From the NCBI GenBank assembly GCA_963836755.1, contig CAWIKF010000002.1, positions 992,001 through 1,056,000 of the forward strand: 64,000 nucleotides of DNA, given 5' to 3'. Shown here in pieces: positions 1 through 8,722 of this stretch. The position numbers were made by a program, and so were the translations under genes. Position 1 is the first letter of the stretch. Every line of letters begins with the position of its first letter. Source of the stretch: an uncultured Verrucomicrobiae bacterium. Its GTDB lineage: Bacteria; Verrucomicrobiota; Verrucomicrobiia; Chthoniobacterales; Chthoniobacteraceae. The notes below the pieces were generated by a model. The model ran no database searches and had not been told where the DNA came from. It saw only the letters and a list, made by a program, of their open reading frames with translations.

Positions 1-1247
1 GTCATGCGCCCGAGGACGATGCAGGAGTTAATCCCGCCAAAGCCGAACGCATTGCTCATGATGTAGTTGAGCCGTTGTGTGCGTCCGTAATTTGGCACGA
101 CATCGAGGTCGCACGCCGGATCCGCGTTTTTCCAATGCAACGTCGGCGGGATGAAATCGTGCTCCAACGCCAGCGCGCAAAGCACCGCCTCGATTGCGCC
201 GGTCGCTCCGAGCGGATGCGCGGTGTAGGCCTTTGTGCCGCTGATTGCGAGCCGGCTCGAGCAGCCATTGAAGACTTCCTTGATGCATGCGCACTCGTTT
301 GAATCATTCAGCTGCGTCGAGCTCGCGTGCGCGTTGATGTAATCGATTTGCTCCGGCGCGAGCTGCGCGTCGGCGAGCGTGTCACGCATGCATTGCGCGA
401 CTGCCTCTCCGCTCGGGAGCGGCGAAGTCATGTGATACGCCTCATTGTTTAACGCGTAGCCGAGCACCTCGGCGTAAATGTGCGCGCCGCGTTTTAGCGC
501 ATGTTCGAGTTCCTCGACAACCAAACTCGCGGCGCCTTCCCCCATCACGAACCCGTCGCGCGCCGCATCGAACGGACGGCACGCGCAGCCCGGTTCATCG
601 CCCGAGTAGCGGCTCATCGTCTTGATGAAATCAAACGCGCGGTATGTCAGCGGGCTCAGCGGCGCCTCGGCCGCGCCGGCGACCATCACATCCGCCATCC
701 CATCGCGAATGTAACGCAGCGCTTCGCCGACCGACACCGTGCCGCTCGCGCAGGAGTTGGAATTCGTCGTGCCGGTGCCGCGAAAGCCGCACTCGATCGC
801 AATATTCGAATGCGCCGAACCTCCGAAAACTTGCAACGCCAGGGTTGGATTCACACCGCGCGCGCCTTTTTTTAAAAAACTTTGATGCTCGGCCTCGGCG
901 TTTGCGATTCCGCCGAGCGCCGTTCCGAAACTGACGCCAATCCTTTGCTGAGGCTGTTCGCGGGACCATGGCAGCTTCGCGTCCTCCAGCGCAAAGAGCG
1001 CCGATGCGACCGAAAATTGCGCGTAACGATCGAGCCGCTTCAACCGATGCGGAGGGAAAATCTGCGTTGGATCCCAATCGCGAATTTCCCCGCCGCAACG
1101 CGCTTTCAACTCGCTCGTGTCAAAACCCGTGATGCGCGAGATGCCACTTTTTTGCGCCAAGATTCCGCGCCAAAACGCATCTTTACCGATGCCGATGCAC
1201 GTGATCGGGCCGAGGCCGGTGATGACTGCTCGGCGTTTAGCGGCCAT
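1..1247 (-). CDS. fabF: Beta-ketoacyl-ACP synthase (FabF/KAS II family); 3' end runs off the window
   Basis: Manual translation from ATG 1247: MAAKRRAVITGLGPIT...NSNSCASG (catalytic Cys)...PFDAARDGFVMGEGA...INAHASST...HPLGATG...SNAFGFGGIN. No stop before base 1, so it is absent from the ORF track. Confidence 0.9.
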   Translation of the reverse strand, partial: MAAKRRAVITGLGPITCIGIGKDAFWRGILAQKSGISRITGFDTSELKARCGGEIRDWDPTQIFPPHRLKRLDRYAQFSVASALFALEDAKLPWSREQPQQRIGVSFGTALGGIANAEAEHQSFLKKGARGVNPTLALQVFGGSAHSNIAIECGFRGTGTTNSNSCASGTVSVGEALRYIRDGMADVMVAGAAEAPLSPLTYRAFDFIKTMSRYSGDEPGCACRPFDAARDGFVMGEGAASLVVEELEHALKRGAHIYAEVLGYALNNEAYHMTSPLPSGEAVAQCMRDTLADAQLAPEQIDYINAHASSTQLNDSNECACIKEVFNGCSSRLAISGTKAYTAHPLGATGAIEAVLCALALEHDFIPPTLHWKNADPACDLDVVPNYGRTQRLNYIMSNAFGFGGINSCIVLGRM

Positions 1248-1677
1248 TTTCGAGATGCGCTTTCATGCAGCGCAGCGTCTCGGCCGCGACGTGATGGATG
1301 AAAAAATCGCCGATGATTTTGTCCGCGATGGGAGCCAGAAACGGCAGGCGAAACTTTAGGTCGTGCAGGATTTCAACCAGCACGCCGTCTGGCGTATCGG
1401 TAAAAGTCCAGACCACGTCCATTCCTTTTGTAAAAGCTCGCAGATGATGAAATCGCACTTCGAGTTTTACGTGGTCGATGACCTGCTCGGATGTCCACGC
1501 GATCGGAATCCCAGAACGCGTCGCCGCCATTTTCACAAGGTTCCGATTCGGTCCGCGCTCATAATAATGGATGTAACGATAGTGCGGAAGAATCTCCGGC
1601 CAGCGCGCGAGGTCCGCCGCCGTCTCGAAGATCTGCTGCTTCGGCGCGCGAATGAGAATGGAATTTCCGGTGTGCAT
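1237..1677 (-). CDS. SRPBCC/polyketide cyclase-dehydrase (START-fold) family protein
   Basis: MHTGNSILIRAPKQQIFETAADLARWPEILPHY... is a typical SRPBCC N-terminus. Its stop overlaps the KS start. Confidence 0.8.
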   Translation of the reverse strand: MHTGNSILIRAPKQQIFETAADLARWPEILPHYRYIHYYERGPNRNLVKMAATRSGIPIAWTSEQVIDHVKLEVRFHHLRAFTKGMDVVWTFTDTPDGVLVEILHDLKFRLPFLAPIADKIIGDFFIHHVAAETLRCMKAHLENGR

Positions 1678-1824
1678 GAAAGTGTTAACGGGTTGTGGTA
1701 AGGCGACGCGGGGCCGGACTCTCGCGCATGCTCCACGTGCGCGCAAACATTGGGGTCAACTCCCGATATTTTAGGCATGCGAAATTTATTGCTTTCATAA
1801 AATCGGCGTCAGAACATTTCGCAC

Positions 1825-2250
1825 ATGGATGTTCAACTTTCCGCCCTGTGCGATTCCGCAGTCGATTATGCCGGCAAACTTATTGTCATCGGCACTTTCG
1901 ACACCATTTCCGCTCCGCAACTTCCGTTCGCGCTCGCGTCGTGCTCCGTCGCGCTGCGCCTGGTTTTTCGCGAGGGAAGTGAGAAAAAAGAGCAGCACTC
2001 GCTGCGCGTCGATCTCGCTGATGAAGCCGGAAACTTTGTCGTCCAGCCGCTCGAGGGCACGTTCGAAATGAAGCTCGAGCCCGGCACGCCGTTCATCTCG
2101 AACAACTTTGTCTTCAACTTTTTCCGCATTCAGTTTGAGCGCGCCGGGATGTATGACTTTCACGTCACGATCGACGGCCGCAAACGCGCGAGCCTGCCGC
2201 TGCGCGTGATGCATCGCACGCAGGAAACTGCCGCCGCGCCGAAACTTTAG
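1825..2250 (+). CDS. Conserved hypothetical beta-sandwich protein (DUF6941-like)
   Basis: LCDSA..GKLIVIGTFDTI...FERAGMYDFHVTIDG pattern. Confidence 0.7.
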   Translation: MDVQLSALCDSAVDYAGKLIVIGTFDTISAPQLPFALASCSVALRLVFREGSEKKEQHSLRVDLADEAGNFVVQPLEGTFEMKLEPGTPFISNNFVFNFFRIQFERAGMYDFHVTIDGRKRASLPLRVMHRTQETAAAPKL

Positions 2251-2984
2251 ACGCGATTTTTCGCGCGCCGGACACGGTAGCGCAGGAAACATTCGTCCCC
2301 TTCGATTTTCATTTCCGCGAGATCGCATGCGATCGTGCGCGGAAGAAAATCGTGCGGAATTCCTGTAAGCGTTGGTGCATTCTCGCCACCGAAAAGTCGG
2401 GGGCAGATCGTAAGATTGATCTCGTCGACAAAGCCGCGCTCGAGCAGCGAGCGGAGCAACATCGGCCCGCCCTCGCAAACAATTCGGTTAATTTTGTAAA
2501 CGCTGCGCAAGTCGCGGAGCATCGCTTCGAGATCGACGCTTTGCGCGTCATCCAAATGCAGAATCGTCGATGACTCCAGTGCGCGCCGTGTGCGCGTGGG
2601 CATTCGCTTCGTGGAATAAATCAGGACCGGCGCGACGTCGTGTTGAAAAACTTTCAGCGCAGTTTTGATGCAGCCGGAATTGCTGACGATGACGCGCAGC
2701 GGCCATTCCGTCTGCTTCCGCCGGACGCGCGCGGCGCGCAGATCGGCGGCCGGCAATCCCATCGACATATTTTCCTTTTCCAGCGTTCCTTTGCCGACGA
2801 GCACCGCGTCGCCGCTCGCGCGGATTTCCAGCAGCCGGCGCTTGTCGCGCGGCGATGAAAAATCGGACGGCGTGAAATTTCGCGTCGAAATTTTGCCGTC
2901 AAATGTCTGCGCAAAATTGACGCTGACAAACGGCCGCGGAAACTTTGACGCCGAAGCCTCTGTCTTCGGAATGCGTTTACCCAT
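2247..2984 (-). CDS. RibD C-terminal (pyrimidine reductase/DHFR-like) domain protein
   Basis: PFVSVNFAQTFDGKI, DAVLVGKGT, VCEGGP, VDEINLTICP motifs; start at MGKRIP. Confidence 0.85.
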   Translation of the reverse strand: MGKRIPKTEASASKFPRPFVSVNFAQTFDGKISTRNFTPSDFSSPRDKRRLLEIRASGDAVLVGKGTLEKENMSMGLPAADLRAARVRRKQTEWPLRVIVSNSGCIKTALKVFQHDVAPVLIYSTKRMPTRTRRALESSTILHLDDAQSVDLEAMLRDLRSVYKINRIVCEGGPMLLRSLLERGFVDEINLTICPRLFGGENAPTLTGIPHDFLPRTIACDLAEMKIEGDECFLRYRVRRAKNRV

Positions 2985-2995
2985 GCGACCCGCGA

Positions 2996-4087
2996 TCAAT
3001 CCGACTCGGCGATCTGGTGCTCGATCGCGTGCACTTCCTTCTCGATTTCGCTGAGATTCGCGTGCTCGCTCGGCCGATAGAAAAGATAAATCACGCCGCC
3101 GATCACGCCCCAGAAAAGGATCAGCACGAAACCGGTGAGCGAGATCGCGACGGACTGGCCGGGATTGATGCCGCACAGTTCGTTCAACAATGTCTGGAAC
3201 ATTCCTTCGCGCGGGCCGGTGCCGCCGACGCTGATCGGCAGCGACGAAAGCGTGTTGATGATCGGCATCACCGAAGCGAGATCCCAAAACGAAACGGCCG
3301 CAGCGAGCGAGCGCGCGGCGCAAAAGAAAACTGTGAATGACGCCATATGCACGCCGAAGGAAAGGAAGATCGCGGCGACCGACGATTTCCACGCGCGTGC
3401 GTAGGCGTTGTAGGCGAGCGCGAGATCGACAAAAATGTCGCGTTTTGGAAAATGCTGCGGAAGCTTTTGGACAAGTCCAAAACCGGTGATGATGAAGGAA
3501 GTGGCGATGCCGAGAACGCTCGCGCCGAGCACCACGAGCAAAATATAAAGCAGCTTTGTGGTGTCGGGGATTTGCCCGAGCCAATTTTTCATGTCCGCCG
3601 GCGAGAAAAGCCACGAGGCGGAAAAGTGTGGAATCGGCTGGCCCTGCGTGAGCCAATCCCAGCGCCAGATGATCAAGGCGCTCGCGACAAAGATCAGCCC
3701 GACCAGGCCGATGAGGCGGTCGATCAGCGCGGCCAGCACGGCCTGCGGTTTTTTGCCCGGCGTTTCTTTCAACAGGTAATAGATTTTGACGACATCGCCG
3801 CCGGTGCCGCCGGGCATGAATTGATTGAAGAAAATCCCGATCATGAGCAGCCCGCAAAGCCGGAAGGAACTGACGTGCACGCCTTGCACGCGGAGCAAAA
3901 TCTGCCATCGCGCGGCGGCGAGAAGCTCGACGAGCCCATAAGCCGCGATGCCGGCGACAAGCCATGCGATGCTCGCGTTTTTGACGGAATTCCACATTTG
4001 GTCGCGCTTCGTTTTGTCGTGAAAGATCCAGATCAAAATGCCGACCGTGACGACGACCTGGAGCGTGGTGAGAATGATCTTTTTCAT
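2996..4087 (-). CDS. UPF0104/lysylphosphatidylglycerol synthase TM-domain (flippase-like) membrane protein
   Basis: RWQILL, FFNQFMPGGTGGDVVK, DRLIGL, LPISVGGTGPRE motifs; multiple TM helices. Confidence 0.85.
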   Translation of the reverse strand: MKKIILTTLQVVVTVGILIWIFHDKTKRDQMWNSVKNASIAWLVAGIAAYGLVELLAAARWQILLRVQGVHVSSFRLCGLLMIGIFFNQFMPGGTGGDVVKIYYLLKETPGKKPQAVLAALIDRLIGLVGLIFVASALIIWRWDWLTQGQPIPHFSASWLFSPADMKNWLGQIPDTTKLLYILLVVLGASVLGIATSFIITGFGLVQKLPQHFPKRDIFVDLALAYNAYARAWKSSVAAIFLSFGVHMASFTVFFCAARSLAAAVSFWDLASVMPIINTLSSLPISVGGTGPREGMFQTLLNELCGINPGQSVAISLTGFVLILFWGVIGGVIYLFYRPSEHANLSEIEKEVHAIEHQIAESD

Positions 4088-4998
4088 TCGCCGAACCGCT
4101 CTTTCCACTTGTTTAGCGACGTGCGAATTTCGTCGGCTTTGCGGCGGGGACTCATCTCCCAGACAAACAAACAGTTTTTCGGCGTGAGGGGAACGAGTTT
4201 GTCGTAATCGATCGTGCCGGTGAACGGTGCGCGATGGTCATTCGCAGGCCATTCGACATCGTGCAAATGTGCGCCGAGCATGCGCGGGCTGATGTAGCCG
4301 AGCCATTGCGCGTGGTCGGCGAAGCCGAGATTTTCCTTCACTTGGATGTGGCCGAAATCGTGCCAGTAGCCGAAAACTTCAGGCGCGTTCAGTTCGTCGA
4401 GCAAAGGCGCGAGCTCGTTTTCATTGGGAATTTCCTCGTAGCCGAAACGCCCCTCGATGCCGAGTTTGATTCTTTTTCCCGCGGCGTGCTCGGCGACTCG
4501 CAGCAGACATTCCTTTGCGCGGCGCACGTAGAACGGCCCTTTTTTTTCGCGCTCCTTCACGGCCTTGATTTTCATTTTCACGTATTCGCGCGAAAGATGT
4601 TTGCCTTCCTGCGCGAGAGTGATGAGTGGATCGCTGATGGGAGCCATCGGCACACGGCCGAGATGCATGACCACGAGCGGCGCGCCGAGTCGTGCGGCAA
4701 AATCGATCGTTTGCAGCGTGAGCTTGATCGCGCGCTCGCGCTCCGGCTCGCGATGCGAGGAAAATTCGTAGCAATCGGGCGCGGAATGCGTGATCTCGAT
4801 CGGCAGCGGACAGAAATTGTGCAGGCTCGAAAATTGCAATTTACCGTCGTCGTAAAAGCGTTGCGCGCCTTCCATGAGCGAGAGCCGGATGCCATGCCCG
4901 AGCTCGACGCGCTCGAATCCGAGGTCGAGAATTTCCTGCAGCATTGTGTCGCCCTGCGTGTGGCGGCCGGAATTCCAACAAGTTGAGCAGGAGAGCAT
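4084..4998 (-). CDS. Sugar phosphate isomerase/epimerase (AP endonuclease 2-type TIM barrel)
   Basis: LGIE, WHDFGH, HLHD, DHRAPFTGTID, WE metal-binding pattern. Confidence 0.8.
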   Translation of the reverse strand: MLSCSTCWNSGRHTQGDTMLQEILDLGFERVELGHGIRLSLMEGAQRFYDDGKLQFSSLHNFCPLPIEITHSAPDCYEFSSHREPERERAIKLTLQTIDFAARLGAPLVVMHLGRVPMAPISDPLITLAQEGKHLSREYVKMKIKAVKEREKKGPFYVRRAKECLLRVAEHAAGKRIKLGIEGRFGYEEIPNENELAPLLDELNAPEVFGYWHDFGHIQVKENLGFADHAQWLGYISPRMLGAHLHDVEWPANDHRAPFTGTIDYDKLVPLTPKNCLFVWEMSPRRKADEIRTSLNKWKERFGE

Positions 4999-5074
4999 GC
5001 GGGCGGCCGAAAAAATTAAACGGCCATGCGCAAAGCTTTCAGCGGAAAGCCAGCCATCTGCAATCGGCGAAACT

Positions 5075-7645
5075 CTATCGCGCCCACGTGATCAGCCGCA
5101 ACTCGTGCCCCTGCGAGAGCGCTGGATGCGTGGGAATGACGCGGACGTTGAAGCCGTAGGCGCCGCTTTCACCGGCGGGAATGGCGCCGCGATAAATGTA
5201 ATCGCCGTTGCTGAGTTTCTCGCCGTTTTCCAGATCCGCGACCGTCGCCTTCGAGATCGTGCTGTCGCTGGTTTCGCCGAAATACGCCTGCACGCGGACA
5301 AATTTCGGATTGATCTTGCCGAGATGCACGTGCGCGGTGATCGGCAGCGAATCGCCCACGAGCACGCTCGTGCGATCCGCCATCGGATTCTGCACCTGCG
5401 TGATGCGAATCGCGGGCCAGACCTCGCGCATCTCATTTTTCCATTTGCTGATATCTGCGGCCTTTGCCGCCTTGTCGCCCGCCAGTTCCGTCTGGCGCGC
5501 CGCGGCCGGTTCGTAAAGTCGCTCGGCGTATTCCTTCACCATGCGATGAGTGTTGAACACAGGTGTAACGCTGCGGATCGATTCTCGCATGAGCTGCAGC
5601 CACGCGATCGGCAGCCGGCCATCCGGCTTCGCATAATAAAGAGGCACCACCTGCGTCTCGAGCGCGTGGAAAAGGCTCGCGCTATCGACCTCGTTTTGGA
5701 ACTCGACTGACAAGTCCGGGTCCAGCGGATCGAGGATTTCCGCGCCGATCGCCCAGCCGTTTTTGCCGTTGAACCCTTCGCACCACCAGCCGTCGAGCAC
5801 GCTCAGGTTCAGTCCACCGTTGGGCGGGAGTTTCATTCCGCTCGTGCCGCTGGCTTCGAGCGGACGGATTGGATTGTTTAACCAAAGGTCAACACCCTGC
5901 GTGAGCCGCCGCGCGATGTAGGTATCGTAATCCTCGACGAAAACGATGCGGTTCTCGAACTCGGGCTCGCGCGAAATTTTGTAAACTTCCTGGATGAACT
6001 TTTTGCCGCCTTCGTCCTTCGGATGCGCCTTGCCGGCAAAAATGAACTGCACCGGCTGGTTTGGATTTTTCAAAATCCGCCGCAGCCGCTCGATGTCGGA
6101 AAAAAGAAGATTGCCGCGCTTGTAGGTCGCAAAGCGGCGTGCGAAGCCGATCGTCAGGATTTCCGGGTCGAGCAGCCGGTTCGCCTTGCGGATATTTTCT
6201 GGCGACTCGCCGAGCCGCTCGCGCTGGCGTCGCGCGCGCTCGCGAACAAAGTTGATCAGCCGCGCCTTGAGCATCTGGTGCGTTTCCCAGAGCGCCTCGT
6301 CGGGAATGTCGATGACGCCGCGCCAGAAATCCTCGTCGAGCAAATTTTCCTCCCAATCGCCCATGTATTTTTCGTAAAGCGCGGAAAATTCCGGCGCCAT
6401 CCAGGTCTTCGTGTGGACGCCGTTCGTGATGCTCGTGATCGGCACTTCCTCCTGCGGCACACCGCTCCAGACATCTTTCCACAAGCCGCGGCTTACTGCG
6501 CCATGCAGCTCGCTCACGCCATTCGCGTGGCGGCTCGTGCGCAAAGCGAGGATCGTCATGCTGAAGGCCTCGGCGGGATTTACGCTCGTCTGGCCGAAGC
6601 CGAAAAATCGATCGAAATCGATGCCGACCTGCTCGGGATATTTTCCAAAATACATGCGCATCAGCTCGCGCGGGAACGCGTCGTTTCCGGCCGGAACCGG
6701 CGTGTGCGTCGTGAAAATATTGCCCGCGGCGACGAGCTGTAGTGCGCTGTAAAAATCGAGCTTCTGCTCCGCGACATATCGCCGGATCAACTCCAGCGAA
6801 AGGAAGGCCGCGTGTCCTTCATTCATGTGATAGACCTGCGGGTCTATGCCCATTTCGCGCAGCGCCCGAGCGCCGCCGATGCCGAGCACGATCTCTTGCC
6901 GGATGCGCATTTCCAAGTCGCCGCCGTAAAGATGCGCGGTGATCAAGCGGTCTTCGGCACTGTTCTCCGGCACGTCCGTGTCGAGCATGTAAAGATTGAT
7001 GCGGCCGATCGCGAGCTGCCACACTTTCGCCGAAACGTTGCGCCCGAGCAGATCGACGGTCACGAGCAGCGGCTTTTCGGCCACGCGCACTTCTGTGATC
7101 GGCAGATGATGGAAATTTTGATTCAGCGAAACGCTTTCCTGAACGCCGTCTTTATTAACCTGCTGGCGGAAATATCCGTGCCGATAAAGCAGCGTCACTG
7201 CGGAAAAATTCAGATCAAGGTCGCTCGCCGATTTGCAATGATCGCCGGACAAAATGCCGAGACCGCCGGAATAATTTGGCACGCTTTCATGAAAGCCGAA
7301 TTCCGCGGAGAAGTAGGCGACGGGCCGTTTCAGCGGACTTTCCTTGCGCATTTTCCCGTAGGTGTCCGGGCGAGCCATGTAGTCTTTGAATTTCTGGTGC
7401 ACCGCGCGCAGCTCACGCACGAAATCCTCATCGCGCGCCACTTCGAGCAGGCGCGCCTGCCGCGAAAGCTGCAGCATCCGCAGCGGATTGTGGTTCGTGC
7501 GATTCCAAAGATCGGGATCGAGATGGCGAAAAACTTTTCGCGCGGCCGGCTCCCACGTCCACCAAAGATTGTAAACAATCTCGCGCAACGGCTCGAGCTC
7601 TGCCGGCAGTTTTGGGACGACGTTGTAAGTAAATAATGGCTGCAT
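5075..7645 (-). CDS. glgP: Alpha-glucan (glycogen/maltodextrin) phosphorylase
   Basis: YSGGLGILSGD, HMNEGH, ARRFATYKR, EASGTSGMK (PLP lysine). Confidence 0.97.
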   Translation of the reverse strand: MQPLFTYNVVPKLPAELEPLREIVYNLWWTWEPAARKVFRHLDPDLWNRTNHNPLRMLQLSRQARLLEVARDEDFVRELRAVHQKFKDYMARPDTYGKMRKESPLKRPVAYFSAEFGFHESVPNYSGGLGILSGDHCKSASDLDLNFSAVTLLYRHGYFRQQVNKDGVQESVSLNQNFHHLPITEVRVAEKPLLVTVDLLGRNVSAKVWQLAIGRINLYMLDTDVPENSAEDRLITAHLYGGDLEMRIRQEIVLGIGGARALREMGIDPQVYHMNEGHAAFLSLELIRRYVAEQKLDFYSALQLVAAGNIFTTHTPVPAGNDAFPRELMRMYFGKYPEQVGIDFDRFFGFGQTSVNPAEAFSMTILALRTSRHANGVSELHGAVSRGLWKDVWSGVPQEEVPITSITNGVHTKTWMAPEFSALYEKYMGDWEENLLDEDFWRGVIDIPDEALWETHQMLKARLINFVRERARRQRERLGESPENIRKANRLLDPEILTIGFARRFATYKRGNLLFSDIERLRRILKNPNQPVQFIFAGKAHPKDEGGKKFIQEVYKISREPEFENRIVFVEDYDTYIARRLTQGVDLWLNNPIRPLEASGTSGMKLPPNGGLNLSVLDGWWCEGFNGKNGWAIGAEILDPLDPDLSVEFQNEVDSASLFHALETQVVPLYYAKPDGRLPIAWLQLMRESIRSVTPVFNTHRMVKEYAERLYEPAAARQTELAGDKAAKAADISKWKNEMREVWPAIRITQVQNPMADRTSVLVGDSLPITAHVHLGKINPKFVRVQAYFGETSDSTISKATVADLENGEKLSNGDYIYRGAIPAGESGAYGFNVRVIPTHPALSQGHELRLITWAR

Positions 7646-7758
7646 GGTTCTCCTTTTTTTTCGGTTTGCCGGGGGAGAAATGTGAAAGCTATCGGGCGCA
7701 AACCACGTGGCAAGACAAATGCCGCCGCCAACGTCGCGTCATTATTTGCCGCTAAAAA

Positions 7759-8643
7759 TTACGCTGCGGGATTGGACGAAAGGTTGCCGGCGGCTTCTGC
7801 CTGCGCCGCGCAAATGCAACCGCCGAGGATGATGATCGAGCCGGACAAATAAATCCACATCAGCAGCGCGACCACGCCGCCGAATGTGCCGTAAAGCGCG
7901 TTGAAGTGGCCGAAATTTTTTGCGTAGAGAACGAAAAGTGCCTGCAAAATTTGCAGCGAAAGAGTGACGAACGCCGCTGCAGCCCAGACTTCGCTGAAAA
8001 GTGTGCGCCGCCGCGGCGCGAATTTATAAAACATGCTGAAGCCGTAAAAAAGGACGAGCGATGAGATCAGCCAGCTCATAAACCGGAACACGCCGACCAT
8101 GATTTTTGCTCCAAAGCCAAACGCGAGCTGCCAGTAATACCATTCGAGATATTTCACGAACACCGGCACGAGGATGCCGAGCAGCAAAGCGCTGGCGACG
8201 ATTGCGACCATCAGGAAATTTTTGATCGGGATGCGCCACCACGCGTATTCCTTTGTGCCCCACGCGCGATTCACGCCGCGCACGAGCGCTTGGAAAAAAC
8301 GGAGCGCGCTCCATGCCAGCCCGAGGAATGCAATCGCGCCGGCGCTGTTGCGCGTTTTCATCACGCCGTTGATCGTCATGGTCACGATGTTTTCCTCGCC
8401 GACATTCACCGGAATGTAATCGGCGACAAAGTTGATGATCGTCGCAGTCGCGCTCTGCTGGTCGACGAATGTCGAGCCGATCGAGATGAACAAAAGGATC
8501 AGCGGGAACAGCGCGAAAAAGGCGTAATACGCAAACGACGCCGCGCGCTGCTCGCCATCTGTCTCGGAATATTTCCGCAGCGTGAGCCACGTGATTTTTG
8601 CCACGCGCTGCCACCATGAGGTGCGAACTGTCTCGACGTTCAT
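7759..8643 (-). CDS. YihY/virulence factor BrkB family membrane protein
   Basis: AASFAYYAFFALFP, NALYGTFGGVVALLMWIYLS motifs; start at MNVETV. Confidence 0.9.
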   Translation of the reverse strand: MNVETVRTSWWQRVAKITWLTLRKYSETDGEQRAASFAYYAFFALFPLILLFISIGSTFVDQQSATATIINFVADYIPVNVGEENIVTMTINGVMKTRNSAGAIAFLGLAWSALRFFQALVRGVNRAWGTKEYAWWRIPIKNFLMVAIVASALLLGILVPVFVKYLEWYYWQLAFGFGAKIMVGVFRFMSWLISSLVLFYGFSMFYKFAPRRRTLFSEVWAAAAFVTLSLQILQALFVLYAKNFGHFNALYGTFGGVVALLMWIYLSGSIIILGGCICAAQAEAAGNLSSNPAA

Positions 8644-8722
8644 GAGCGGCGACACTAAAGCCGCGATACCCGCGCAACGCGAGACGTATTGCAGTTCAAA
8701 TATGCATTGATAGCTTCCGCTT

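Noticed and set aside
2247..3995. 582-aa ORF as one protein
   Set aside because: The N-terminal part is an off-frame shadow of the UPF0104 gene; the RibD-like protein starts at 2984.
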